64,000 nt of DNA. Source: Candidatus Bathyarchaeota archaeon (GTDB taxonomy: Archaea; Thermoproteota; Bathyarchaeia; Bathyarchaeales; Bathycorpusculaceae). The position numbers and the translations under genes are program-made. The stretch covers positions 74,419 to 138,418 of the forward strand of contig CAVRFW010000013.1 of the NCBI GenBank assembly GCA_963720565.1, written 5' to 3'. The notes beneath the pieces are model-generated. The model did no database searches, was not told the DNA's origin, and saw nothing but the letters and a program-made list of their open reading frames with translations. Of the stretch, positions 42,692 to 53,996 are shown piece by piece; position 1 is the first letter of the stretch, and each line of letters begins with the position of its first letter.

Positions 42692-43768
42692 TTACCTTGT
42701 TATTTGGGCTTGCTTTACTATTTCCAGATGCTCCATGGCCTGCTTGTTGGTTTCAAAATATTCTCTGATTGGACGGATAATCTTGGAAATTTCATCTGCC
42801 ACTGCATTTTTGAGGTCTTGCGGGTGCAGGCTGCCCTGGCAATAGGCTTTCGCCAGTTCGCTGTAGCTTTGGAATTCGATTGTCCCGCCGAATTTTGCGG
42901 GTCTCTCGATCTTGAATGTTTTGTTCTCATGGAAAACCACGTGTTCAACCAATTCTAGGACGGGGTTCATGTCTGCCTGCCTTTCTGGACACCAGGCTTT
43001 GCGTAGTTTTTCTTTTATCTGCTTTTCCGTGTCATGGATGAAAATGGCGGTCCATGGTTTTGACTTACTCATCTTGCTCGCGATAACCTGCTCCAGCTTG
43101 TCTTGGGATTCAAGCTTGACTGGTTCAGCTATGCCCATTAGTACGTGGTGGTGAACGGCTATGGGTTTTTTCCATCCCATTTTCGGGTAAATCTCTCTAG
43201 CCAGCACGTGGGCTTTTCTTTGGTCCATTCCTCCGTGCGGCATTTCAGCCCCTATTTCTTTGACGTCAACAGCTTGCATTGAAGCGTAGAAGTACTGTGA
43301 CAGGTCTAGTTTGTCGTTTTCGCATCTTCCCATGATGGTCATGCAGCGCAGCGTACGGTGGAGAGTCATGTGTTTTGCGAAGCGCAAAAGGTTCCGCCAG
43401 TAATCATCGTTGTTGTGGTAGAGGTCTGACCCCAAGACTATTTTGGCGCCTGGGCAGAAAAACTTGAAGGCTTCCTCGTAGTATTTCGAGGCTGAAAGGA
43501 TTTTGTCCCAGTCTCCTGCGAACTTGTTGTTGATGAAGCTGTGCCAGTCCGCGAGGAAAACTTGGCAGTTTATTCCTGCCTTGAGGAAATCGTTTATTTT
43601 GAATCCTGACACAATCAGGTTTCCCAGGTGCAGCAGACCGGATATTTCGAATCCTTGATAGTGTCCGGGGTGCTCGTTTGTCTGCAGTAGCTCACGTAGT
43701 TCTTCCTCTACCAGAATTTCTTCAGTCGGAGGCTTCTTGATTAAGTCAATCTTGGTTTCCAAGTCCAA
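42692..43768 (-). CDS. tyrS: tyrosine--tRNA ligase
   Basis: YQGFEISGLLHLG (HIGH), LADWHSFINNK, MQAVD, GGMDQRKAH, KMSKS. Confidence 0.95.
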   Translation of the reverse strand: MDLETKIDLIKKPPTEEILVEEELRELLQTNEHPGHYQGFEISGLLHLGNLIVSGFKINDFLKAGINCQVFLADWHSFINNKFAGDWDKILSASKYYEEAFKFFCPGAKIVLGSDLYHNNDDYWRNLLRFAKHMTLHRTLRCMTIMGRCENDKLDLSQYFYASMQAVDVKEIGAEMPHGGMDQRKAHVLAREIYPKMGWKKPIAVHHHVLMGIAEPVKLESQDKLEQVIASKMSKSKPWTAIFIHDTEKQIKEKLRKAWCPERQADMNPVLELVEHVVFHENKTFKIERPAKFGGTIEFQSYSELAKAYCQGSLHPQDLKNAVADEISKIIRPIREYFETNKQAMEHLEIVKQAQITR

Positions 43769-43876
43769 TACAGGTCAACTTCTAAGCTTCTATATGGAGA
43801 CGTGATTTAAAAGTTGCTTTTCTAAGCTACGACTATTTTTCGCGCAGTCCTGTGTTCAACTCGCTTTTGCAGTGAT

Positions 43877-44601
43877 CTATTTTTTTCTGGCGAGGTAAGC
43901 TAGCAGGCCGAAACCTGCACCTAAAACTATCACAATTAGGGATAGCGCTGGGATTATTCTCCAGAGGTCTGTTTGTGGATGTTCTCCACTTGGCGTTGGC
44001 GGTGGCGTGTTCCGGGTGAAGTAGTCGGGTTCGGGTTCTCACCCACAGTAAGGGTGTATGTTTCGCTCCAGCCGCTTGTTTCACCGGTGAAATACTCCGT
44101 GCATTGACCCATGTCAACTATGTAGTATCCTATTCGCGCGTCAACTTGCATATCTAGTTTACCACCACTATGGACGTTACTCAGTATGGCAAGGTAGGCA
44201 GTGCGTCCAAAGGCGTAAGACTTCACTGTATACCCAGAGTCTGAAGGGTCGAAATGCCCAAGGTTTGTCCAATCATTCTCATAGTGCCCCTTGACGCGTA
44301 TGTTGAAGGTTAGGTTGACGTTATTGCCGTCTGTGTCGGTGTATGGAGTGAACGGTTGGTTCTTTATGGTGAAGACCAGGGATTGGTTTTCTGCCCAGTA
44401 GCCAAAGGAGGCCGTCACATTTTCCCCTGTATAGGGGTCAATGAGGTAAGTCTCTGGCACATAATACGGATTAGACTCGATTTTCACGGTGAATTCCGGA
44501 ACCGAAGGCTTGATGTAGGCTAACGCTGGCATAGCTTCAACGATTATTAAACTCGACACTGTTAGGAAGGCAATCAATAACAGAGTTGTTCGTTTGCTCA
44601 T
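43877..44601 (-). CDS. surface protein with C-terminal TM anchor (frameshift near 43970), paralog of the next gene
   Basis: KPSVPEFTVK..YYVP..DPYTG..FTIKNQPF..GETSGWS; the shifted frame ends IIPALSLIVIVLGAGFGLLAYLARKK*. Confidence 0.75.
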
Positions 44602-44740
44602 GCTGCACCGCGCCCCGTTTACTCCTGATCGCGTGCATGCTTCATTCTATCGAATTTATAACCTTTGATATAAACCCCATATCGATGGCAAGCGCATCTA
44701 GTTTCTGGTTTCATTCTATGCACCAGCGGCAATGCATGCG

Positions 44741-45487
44741 CTACTTTCTTTTGATGAGGTAGAACAGTAGACCTATACCTGCACCGAAAACAAAAGCTAT
44801 GATGGCAACAAAGACTATTTCGATTTGTCCTATTCCTGGCTGGATTCCTCCGCTAGGCGGCGGAGTTGCAGATTGGTAAGGCGTCGGCCATATTGTAGGT
44901 TGAGGTGTTGGCGTTGTATTCTCGCCAATAGTAAGGGTTAACGTCGGGCTCCACCCGCTTGTTTCACCAGTGAAAGTTTCAAAGCAGCCATTGTAGTTGT
45001 ATGTGTAATATCCTACTCGAGCCTCGACTTGATAATCAACTTTGCCGCCATTAGGAACATAGCCAATATTGGGAATGCTGTTTCCCTCATAAGGGAAAGA
45101 CTGCACTAAATATTCGGAGCCTGGGGAAACCTCGAAATGTCCAAATACTTTCCAGTCTGGTTCAAAATGCCCCTTACCCCGAATACTGCAGGAAAGGCTA
45201 ATCTCGTTTAAGCCATCTGTATCGATGTATGGCGTGAAATACTGGGTCTTTATTGTGAAAACCATTGATTCGTTCTTTACGGTGTAGCCCTGTCTGATTG
45301 TTATGTTCGCCCCCGTGTACGGGTCCGTTCCATATTCTGGCGGTACATAGTATGGGTAAGCTGCAAAATTCACAGTCAATTTCGGAATAGACGGTTTAAT
45401 GTAGGCTGATGCTGGCGCGATTTCAGCCACTATCAGGCTCGACATTACCAAGAAGGCAAAAAGAAACAGAGCTGTATTCCTAACCAT
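44741..45487 (-). CDS. surface protein with C-terminal TM anchor
   Basis: KPSIPKLTV..YYVP..DPYTG..FTIK..GETSGWS..GAGIGLLFYLIKRK. Confidence 0.8.
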   Translation of the reverse strand: MVRNTALFLFAFLVMSSLIVAEIAPASAYIKPSIPKLTVNFAAYPYYVPPEYGTDPYTGANITIRQGYTVKNESMVFTIKTQYFTPYIDTDGLNEISLSCSIRGKGHFEPDWKVFGHFEVSPGSEYLVQSFPYEGNSIPNIGYVPNGGKVDYQVEARVGYYTYNYNGCFETFTGETSGWSPTLTLTIGENTTPTPQPTIWPTPYQSATPPPSGGIQPGIGQIEIVFVAIIAFVFGAGIGLLFYLIKRK

Positions 45488-45912
45488 ACCGTTCTAAAAA
45501 ATAGGATATGTTTCCGCGATTAAAGCTTTTCATATGGTTGCTTGGTTGATGCCAGTTCCTATTGACACGAACTTGAAATGTCCATTTAAAACTGTCGGGC
45601 TTTTGTCTCCCATGTAACCTAACACTTAACTTCATTGCGGAGCCATTCGCTCTTCTAGGTTAAGCTCTCTCGGCATGGGAATTTGTGCCCGGTCTCACCT
45701 GTTCCACGATTGGGTAACACTCGCATTCACAGGTGCAAGGTTTGTAGGTCTTGCTCCTCGTTTGAGTCCGTCGTCGTGGGTTTATCTGTGAGCAAATAAA
45801 AAGGGCTGGTCGTGGCTTATTTGCATTTCCCGCAATTGTATTAGTTGCTTACTGTAACATGAACCAACGCAAAGTCAAATCCATAGGTCAGTAGCTGAAT
45901 TTAATAAGGAGG

Positions 45913-45986
45913 GGCCGAGGCTGGGATTTGAACCCAGGCAAAAGGCTCCACAGGCCTCTAGGCTACCAAGCTACCTCACCTCGGCC
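45913..45986 (-). tRNA. tRNA-His(GUG) with genomically encoded G-1
   Basis: G-GCCGAGG TG AGGT AGCTTGGTA GCCT A GAGGC CTGTGGA GCCTT TTGC CTGGG TTCAAAT CCCAG CCTCGGC C; all four stems pair. Confidence 0.93.
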
Positions 45987-46028
45987 ACTTTTCGAGTGGC
46001 TTGGTACACTTTTCCACGTTTTCGGGGG

Positions 46029-46690
46029 TTATTTACGTTTTCGGTATAATCTAACTCCGTCAACAACGTCAAAAGACTCAAAACCGTTTTCCCCCAGACT
46101 CAATCGCTTCTTGGCGTTCGCAGCGACTTTGATGATGAACTTGTCGTTGGTTCCGGGTCCAAAGATTGTGCGTGCTATAGTTATGTAGCGTTCAGTATTC
46201 CGCAGTTCCTTATGTCCCAAGAAATCTCTAACGTATAGAGTGTCAGGTTTTTCGTGGTAGAGCATCGTAGCTTTCCAATGGCGGAAAGTGTGAAAGCTGA
46301 TCTTTAGCAGACGCGGGTTTTGAAGTTTGATAGGCTAAGCCTTTGCGGGTTTTCGAGAAAGTTGATTTCATTGAGTCCAACGGGACCATCGCCGAAGACT
46401 CGCTCTTGGTGTATTGGGCAGAGCATTGATCATTCCAATGAGGGTTGGGGAAACTTGCCACATGCGAGGGTTAGAGCCTTTCTCAGGATTGTTCAGGCGT
46501 ATAGTGTTGGCTTTTCGTCTATGTCGGTCCAAAGTAGTCGTTTTGCTTCGCCGCTTCGCATGGCTGTTTCTTTTAGCAGTTGCAGAAACGCTGATAGTTT
46601 TTTTCCGCATCCAGCAATTAGTGAATCAAGTTCTTGCTCGGTTGGGATGAAGGGTACGGGTCGTACTGGTCGGCATTTAGGTTTTTGCAC
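46029..46690 (-). pseudogene. tyrosine recombinase/integrase remnant (5'-truncated, several frameshifts)
   Basis: PFIPTEQELDSLI..KETAMRSGEA (R), PEKGSNPR (K), ISFHTFRHWKATMLYH (HxxR), LGHKELRNTERY (H,Y), tail DGVRLYRKRK. Confidence 0.85.
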
Positions 46691-46732
46691 TCTGGTATGC
46701 TAAGAATCTTATAGCCAAACCGAACAATAGAT

Positions 46733-47122
46733 TTGAGGGCAATTGAAAAGAGGAGGATAGAACAGTTGTTCAAGGGCATGGTGGTTTTGGGAGCTGTTCT
46801 TCTCGTGATAGGAATAGCCCTTTATTCTTTGTGGGCGCTGTTTGGACTCATGCCCTTTCCTGTCGGAGAGGGACGACTGCCTTTTTCCCAGTATTTTAGC
46901 ATAGTCTTTGCTGCGTTCGGCATAATACTGGTGGCTTTCGGATTTTTGATTACGATACCGCGCTGTCCAAAGTGCAATACGCGTATGGAGTCGAAAAGAG
47001 GAGGGCTCACCGGTCGCGAGGGGGAGCGAGCCTATGTCTGCCCAAAATGTGGTTACGCTGAGCCGAGCGACACCTCCCCCTGGGACGACGCGTTGTTTTA
47101 CGGCGGGCACGGCTATGGCTAG
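46733..47122 (+). CDS. membrane protein with Zn-ribbon
   Basis: Two TM segments, then CPKC...CPKCG. Confidence 0.6.
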   Translation: MRAIEKRRIEQLFKGMVVLGAVLLVIGIALYSLWALFGLMPFPVGEGRLPFSQYFSIVFAAFGIILVAFGFLITIPRCPKCNTRMESKRGGLTGREGERAYVCPKCGYAEPSDTSPWDDALFYGGHGYG

Positions 47123-47661
47123 CTCCGCATGCGTTTTCTCGTTTGTCACTGCTCGTTCAAGATCGCCTTTAACTTGTTTATGAACTCTAATGCTAGCCAG
47201 GGGTTATACCAAACCATCTCGAAAGTCGGCGCGTTGTCAACTTGCTTCTTTATGCATGTACGTAGTAAATCATCATCACCTCATCCTATCTTTGTCCCTC
47301 CCAAATTGTGCAAAATGGATTCTTTCCGGATCACCAGGCTGATCTTGTAGGGTGTCTTGAACGGTGAAGTTTTACTGCGCATTGCCACTGTTGGAAGGCC
47401 ATTAACAGTCTTATCCAAATCTAAAACTATGACTTGGTTGTGCTGCTCGAACTCTTTCTGCTTGCTCAGCTTCCGGACACGCAAACCTTATAGTCGAGGC
47501 ACGAGACTAGACCGCAACGGGAAACCAAGTAGCCTTGTTCAAGCCCGAATTCCTCAAACCCATTATGGAAGGCAAGAAGACTCAGACGAGCGCGCGCTAT
47601 GCTTCTGCCAGTATGACATAGGTTTTTAATTTGCCAAAACTAACCTCTATCCAAGATAAGA

Positions 47662-48948
47662 TTGACAATAAGTTATGTTTGCAGAAAATGTGGCAAAAGC
47701 CACTCGAACCAGGAATATGATGAGAGTAGATTCTGCCAAACTTGTGGCTCATTCCTCCTTTCGAAATATGATGTGGACCGCAGCCAGACTCTCTCTAAAA
47801 ACAGAAGTTACGCAGAAGAAAACAAAATCTCGCAGGAAAGAACCGCAAAAACCAAAAAAGATGAGAAAAACGCTTCTGCATTAGTACGCGTAGCTCAGAG
47901 GTTAAGAGAGAGAGTTACAGGCTCAAGAGAGTACAAAGTAGTTTCGGATTCCGCAGCAAAACCCTCAGAACCAATAACCCCGCCAGTTGAGAGTTGGATA
48001 TGGAACTCAGAATATGACGACGCGCTAAAACTTGAACGCGAACTCATCAGCAAGTTCAAAGAGAAAAGCCTTGAAGAAGCAATACCCGGAAACACAATTT
48101 CAAACGAACAGGGCGAATGCTATTCAATCTCAACCACTTGCGTTGCCAGATTCAACCAGGCAAGCTACGAAAAAAGCAGACAACTCCTAATCTCCGACCT
48201 CAAGATAATCCCGGCATCGGTCCAGCAAGAGAACACGCCCTCAAGCAGCAAGGCTACACGACCATAGAAGCACTCACAAATCATCCGATTTGGAATAAAC
48301 CAGCACAGAAATTCATGCAGCTAATAGACTCGAAAGAAATCGGATCAGCGCAAGACTGGTTGTGGCATCGCCTTCCAAAATCCCACCCATTAGCTCACTA
48401 TTTGGCAGGCTTATGCAGCTGCGAAGATTTCGCCATAATTGACATCGAAACCCTCGGGCTCTCCGAAAGACCCATAATCCTAATGGGAATAGCCAAACCA
48501 ACAGGGAAGAGCATATGCACAAGTCAGTTTCTGCTTCGCGACATACCCGATGAGCCAAGCGCAATATGGGCTTTAATATCCAAGCTGGAGCCACATTCTT
48601 CTCTCATTACCTTTAACGGAAGAAGCTTTCGACATACCGTACATAAAACAAAGACTCGCCTACTACGGCATGGACGCATCCTTCAATAACCCACACTTCG
48701 ACGTTCTCCATTTCACCAGAAGAGCACTGGGCAAGAAACTAACCGACTGCCGTCTCGAAACAGTCGAAAAATACCTAAACATCGAAAGAGAAATAAACAT
48801 ACCTGGCGCAATGGTTCCCCACTTCTATGACACCTACCTAAAAACCAGAAACGTTGGACCTCTCGTCGCCATTGTCGAGCACAACAAGCAAGATCTCATC
48901 ACCCTCGGAAATTTGTTCTCACGACTCTACGAGGAATGGGACTTATGA
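47662..48948 (+). CDS. YprB/MrfB-like DEDD (RNase H-like) exonuclease with N-terminal Zn ribbon; frameshifts near 48210 and 48630
   Basis: CRKC..CQTC; PGIGP HhH-like motif; IIDIETLGL, ITFNGRSF(D), HFDVLH, HNKQDL. Confidence 0.8.
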
Positions 48949-51217
48949 TTGACGAATTCATCAGAAACATCAAGAGAAGTAGTTCCTACAAAAAGCAAAT
49001 TGCACATTTAGAAGTAATCCCTCCCCAAGAAGCAAACTACGGCGAATTAGAAAAAGCCTTACCGGCAAATATTCAAAACTGCCTTATCGACAGAAAAATC
49101 CAGATTATACTCGCACCAAGCCGAAGCGATAAACAAAGCCCGACAAGGAAAAAACATCGCAATAGTCACCCCAACCGCTTCTGGAAAGACTTTAGCTTTC
49201 AACATTCCTGTCTTAGAAGCCATCAACAAAGACCCAAAAGCGACTGCGCTCTACCTCTATCCCACAAAAGCCCTCACAAACGACCAGCTGAAAGTTCTCA
49301 AAGAAATGGAAGAAGAAACAGGTCTTGAAGTCTGCCCAAATGTCTACGACGGAGACACCCCGACAAGCCAGAGATCATAGCATACGGGAAAACTCCAAAA
49401 TCATCCTCACCAACCCATACGGTCTCCACCAATATCTCCCATGGCACTACAAATGGCGAACCTTCTTTCAAAACCTCAAATTCATAGTAATCGACGAAGC
49501 GCATGTTTACCGAGGAGTATTCGGCTCCAACGTAGCAATGCTCCTAAGACGCCTATTAAGAATCTGCAATCACTATGGCTCAGACCCGAAGAATCATACT
49601 GTCATCAGCAACCATAGCAAATCCAGAAGAACACGCCAAGAAACTCACGGGAAAAGACTTTGAAATCATCTCAACCGACGGTGCCCCACGAGGAAAAAAG
49701 ACCTTCATGTTCTGGAATCCGCCCTTCATCGATGACGCCAACACCATTCGCCGCTCCACTCACCAAGAAACCAAAGACCTGCTGGAACTCAATATCCTAA
49801 ACAACCTTCAGACTCTATGCTTCACCACTTCGAGGCAAATGGCAGAACTAATCACAAGATGGACAAAAGAAGATTTCCGCAAGAAATCGCCAAGACTGGC
49901 AGACTCGGTGACAGCTTATCGAGCAGGTTACCTGCCCCAAGAAAGAAGAGAAATCGAGAACAGACTGAAAAACAAAAACCTGATCGGAGTCGTATCCACA
50001 AACGCCCTGGAACTAGGCATCGACATAGGCTCTTTAGACTCAGTCATTATCTCAGGATATCCAGGCACAGTCATCTCAACTTGGCAACAAGCTGGAAGAG
50101 CAGGCAGAGGCAAAACCGACTCCCTCGTTACCATGGTAGCCTTCCAAAACCCCCTTGACCAATACTTCATGAAAAACCCAAAAGACTTCTTCGGCAGACC
50201 ACACGAACAGGCCATAATAGACTTGCATAATCGCTACATTTCCTTAGGGCACCTAATGTGCGCTGCATGCGAACTGCCAATCACAGAAGACGACCGCAAA
50301 TATTTCCCTGAACTCTTCCATGAAAGCCTCAAAGCACTCGAAGAGCAAACCCTCGTTCGCAAGACTCCCAGAGGCTGGGTCTATTCCGGAACAGCAAGAC
50401 CAGTTGAAATCGTAAATCTGGAAAGCATATCTGACAAAACCGTGACAGTCATCTGTGACGGAAACATACTTGAGACTTTAGCGCTAACCAAGGCCTACGA
50501 AGAAGTACATGAAGGCGCAGTCTTGCTCCACCAAGGCGAAACATACATCTCCGAAGAACTGAACCTGAAGAGCCTAACAGCAAGAGTCAGAAAAGAAGAT
50601 GTCAACTACCACACCGAAGCCATGAAAACCGTGGACATATCAGTGAAAAAGGTTCTGGAAGAAAAGCAGAATGGAATCAGAGTGGGAATTGGGGAATTAG
50701 ACATAACAGAGATCTACCACGAGTTCTTGGTCATGACATACGATGAAATCACAGGACGGCATCCTCTTGATTTGCCGCCGCTGAACTTTTCCAACCGTGG
50801 GCATGTGGTTCATAATTCCCGACGAAATCAGAGACGAAATAGACAGCAAAGGACTCGATTTCGAGGGAGGAATTACACGCCGTTGAGCATGCGATGATCG
50901 CGATGTCACCAATCTACGCAATGTGCGACAGATGGGATATTGGCGGTCTCTCAACACCAATGCATCCAGACACTGGGCACCCTACTATTTTCATTTACGA
51001 TGGCTTTGAGGGTGGAATCGGAATTTCAGAAACCCTCTATGCCAAGATTGAAGAACTTTGGGAAAAAACACTGCAGCTAATCAGCAATTGTGAATGCAAA
51101 GACGGCTGCCCCTCTTGCATTTATTCACCAAAATGCGGAAACGAGAACGAACCATTAGACAAAAGAGCGGCGATTGACATACTGCAAAAACTGCTAAAAA
51201 TTATTGAGGAAAGATAG
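48945..51217 (+). CDS. DEAD/DEAH helicase with DUF1998 (YprA/MrfA/Hrq1 family); several frameshifts
   Basis: [74 protein letters not shown] overlap with the exonuclease. Confidence 0.9.
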
Positions 51218-51283
51218 CATAGGACACGCAGTTTTGCCTGGAACAACGCGCGCGCTTGGTTGGTTGGACTAAAATTTTACCTT

Positions 51284-51448
51284 TTACTCCCCTTTCTCAA
51301 ATAGCAGATAATGATTAGTGCCCAAGGCTGGTGCCGCATTTCCAGCACAAGCATATGTATGCAGATGCCAACCTTCTTTTTCCCAATCCTTGATTACTTT
51401 GCCAATATTGTCATGATGCCCAACTAACACACACTTCCACTCTTTCAA
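51284..51448 (-). CDS. 54-aa conserved small protein (DUF4177-like), copy 2
   Basis: MKEWKCVLVGHHDNIGKVIKDWEKEGWHLHTYACAGNAAPALGTNHYLLFEKGE*; SD GAGGTGA; not in the ORF track. Confidence 0.75.
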   Translation of the reverse strand: MKEWKCVLVGHHDNIGKVIKDWEKEGWHLHTYACAGNAAPALGTNHYLLFEKGE

Positions 51449-51725
51449 AACAATCACCTCTCAAACAATCTTTGGAACGCAAAATTTTGTTATATTGTTC
51501 TTAGCTTAAATCACTTGTGATGAAACGTGAGCTTCAAAGAGCGTATACTCGATTCCGACTATACCTATACCCCATATTGATATTGAATTGAACTTGTATC
51601 TACGGATAGCCTACATCTTGACAATACCATAGTTATCACCTGTATAGCCTGAATCCTGTATACACTCTAAATCAACGCTGTTTTCTGCAAACTCACACAA
51701 TAGTTGTACGTTCAGTTGTTGGTTG

Positions 51726-51756
51726 GTTGGTTGGACTAAAATTTAATCCAACCAAC
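51726..51756. promoter_or_regulatory. 31-bp near-perfect palindrome upstream of osmC
   Basis: gttggttggactaaa-a-tttaatccaaccaac, 14/15 arm match; the left part is repeated at 51256-51277. Confidence 0.5.
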
Positions 51757-51836
51757 GTGGTTTTATTTCAACGTATATCTTGTTACTGTGTGACGACAAT
51801 CACATTGCTTTATAGTCTTGATTCAAAATAGTGTAA

Positions 51837-52415
51837 ATGGTGATTATTTTGGAAAAGAAAATTGTTAATGGGATATCAGTGGAACAGATTCAAGGAATGA
51901 TTGACGCAGTCAAAAAGCAACCGCAGATGGCACAGGGTAAATTGTTCGCCAAAACCGTGTGGAAAAGTGGTTTCAATAACGAGGCTTCGATAAAGGACTT
52001 TATGCTTGGAGGAGCAATGAACACAACTAGTAGAACAAGCCCATTCATTGTTGCGGGAGACCATCCACCTGAGCTTCTGGGCACTAATAAGGGAGCTGCT
52101 TCGGTGGAAGTGCTTTTAGCTGCTCTTGGACACTGCATATCTAACGGGTTCGCAATGTATGGAGCTGCTATGGGAATCACAGTAGAATCCGTCACTATTG
52201 ATGTAGAGGGAGACATAGACTTGCAAGGACTGCTTATGTTGCCTGAACCTGGAAAAGTGCGACCTGGCTTCCAAGAGATTCGAGCTACATACTATGTTAA
52301 GAGTAACGCACCAAGAGACCAGCTTGAGAAGCTGGCAAAGATGTCAGAAGACTTTTCGCCAGTAAGAGACTCGTTGAGAGCAGTCAAGTTCTCCTCGAAA
52401 CTAATAGTGCAGTAG
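51837..52415 (+). CDS. OsmC family protein
   Basis: VNGIS..., DHPPELLGTNKG..VEVLLAALGHC, VEGDIDL.G, RPGFQEI, SPVRD. Confidence 0.88.
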   Translation: MVIILEKKIVNGISVEQIQGMIDAVKKQPQMAQGKLFAKTVWKSGFNNEASIKDFMLGGAMNTTSRTSPFIVAGDHPPELLGTNKGAASVEVLLAALGHCISNGFAMYGAAMGITVESVTIDVEGDIDLQGLLMLPEPGKVRPGFQEIRATYYVKSNAPRDQLEKLAKMSEDFSPVRDSLRAVKFSSKLIVQ

Positions 52416-52425
52416 GGGAAGAAAA

Positions 52426-52770
52426 TTGGTTCTACAAAAAAAGAATTTTCAGAATCCTGATGAGACTCAGACTCCTCCAAATGCAAAGGTAGAGAACATC
52501 AGAATAGGAGACATGACGGTATTGAAGGTAACTTATCAACCCGGATGGCAATGGTCAAAACACCAGAAAGCCCTTGCTGGAACAAATTCCTGTCAAGTGC
52601 ACCATTTCGGAGTCCTAGTCTCAGGTAGATTGCGTGTGAGAGCGGACGATGGCCAAGACATGGAATTCAGCCCTGGAGATGTAGCTGACATTCCACCAGG
52701 ACATGACGGCTGGACCATCGGAAACGAACCTGCAATCTTCTATTGGTTCAGCAAAACAAACCCAAAGTAA
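52426..52770 (+). CDS. cupin domain protein
   Basis: PDET..., QPGWQWS, SCQVHH.G..VSGRL, PGDV..IPPGHDGW. Confidence 0.88.
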   Translation: MVLQKKNFQNPDETQTPPNAKVENIRIGDMTVLKVTYQPGWQWSKHQKALAGTNSCQVHHFGVLVSGRLRVRADDGQDMEFSPGDVADIPPGHDGWTIGNEPAIFYWFSKTNPK

Positions 52771-52774
52771 ACTA

Positions 52775-52803
52775 CTCGCCCAGTAAGGGGCGAGCATCTT
52801 TTT
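52775..52803 (+). terminator. hairpin plus U-tract terminator
   Basis: ctcgccc-agtaag-gggcgag followed by a T run. Confidence 0.5.
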
Positions 52804-53090
52804 CTAAAATTTTAGAATATATTTTCTTGTTCATTTTATTTGCGTGTGTTTTTTGTTTGTGTGTTTTTTGTAGATAGAGGGTTAGTAGGAGAGTAGGAGA
52901 TAGTTAGAGTTAGTTTGGGTTTGGAGCGCGCGCTGTCCATGCTACTAATGAAAGAATAGACCGCAACGCAGAGGATATAGCAGAGGGCTCCTCGAAGGCG
53001 CAACGGAGTACAAAGAAAACCAGCTTTTTGCGAACTATGGAAATGTTCTCCTCCGCGGGAATAATGTTCTCTACATTGTTTTAGACGTAA

Positions 53091-53996
53091 CTAAGCACTA
53101 TACTCAAACCTGCGGGTTTTTCCGGTTACATAATCCAAAACTTCACTGCTCTCAGTCTTGATGCTGAACCTTCGAGCAAAGAACTTTAACACACAATTCA
53201 CGTCTCGCGCTAGCAACTCCTTAGCGTTCGGATGATCCGTACGCACAGCCTGAGGCCAGTCAATAATCAAGATTTTCATATTGGGTTCAACGATAATATT
53301 GTACTCGCTTAGGTCTGCATGAACCACCCCTGCTTTTATGTAAGCTTTGCGCACGTTCAACATCACCTGCCTCAAGACCCTCGCTGGCGTAACGAGTTTT
53401 TTCCAGCGCGTCAGCTCTCCGCCTTCGATCATGCCCATCACAACCACATGGCGATTCTGGCTTAAAGGCTCAGGTACTGCAACTCCTACGCTATAGACGA
53501 GTCTCATGACGTCATACTCTTTCTCCGCAGCCACACGCGACTGAAAAAGCCAACTCGCGTGCTCAGCAACATAGCCGCGTTTGCGTCTTGTCTGCCTGAA
53601 ACTCGGTCTGCCCAGCCTGTGAAACTTTACCGCCACTCGCTTGCCCTCGGAGGTCAGTGCGTCGTAGACATCAGCTTCTTTTCCAACGCCAAGTTTATGT
53701 CCGAACCCCTCGATTAACCCTGCCTTGACAAATGCGTTGATTGCTAAACAATCATACCCTACGTAATTCAGCGTGTAGCCCAGATAAGGGCGTCTCATTT
53801 GCCGAATCAAGCCAAGTTTTTCAAGTTCCGCGAGCGCAAAGGTGACTCTATCCGAGGGCAACGCGGCAAACTTGACGATTTGTTCTTTAGGGACAAACTC
53901 GCGTTCGCTCATTGCTGTTTCAACGACTTGCAACACCCTCAAATCTTCGCTTCTCAGCTGACGAAAAACCTGAACAGCTTTTTCAGCAAACGACAT
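53091..53996 (-). CDS. rio2: RIO2 family serine/threonine kinase
   Basis: N-terminal wHTH, GVGKEADVY, VKFHRLGR.SF, VHADLSEYNI, IIDWPQ. Confidence 0.92.
   Translation of the reverse strand: MSFAEKAVQVFRQLRSEDLRVLQVVETAMSEREFVPKEQIVKFAALPSDRVTFALAELEKLGLIRQMRRPYLGYTLNYVGYDCLAINAFVKAGLIEGFGHKLGVGKEADVYDALTSEGKRVAVKFHRLGRPSFRQTRRKRGYVAEHASWLFQSRVAAEKEYDVMRLVYSVGVAVPEPLSQNRHVVVMGMIEGGELTRWKKLVTPARVLRQVMLNVRKAYIKAGVVHADLSEYNIIVEPNMKILIIDWPQAVRTDHPNAKELLARDVNCVLKFFARRFSIKTESSEVLDYVTGKTRRFEYSA

Noticed and set aside
23353..46690. The two integrase remnants as halves of one split SSV-type integrase
   Set aside because: They are on opposite strands, both carry their own diverged C-terminal tails, and they sit at different RNA genes
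47140..47484. In-frame TGA read-through (selenocysteine) ORF on the minus strand
   Set aside because: No recognisable selenoprotein motif or SECIS; probably decayed element sequence
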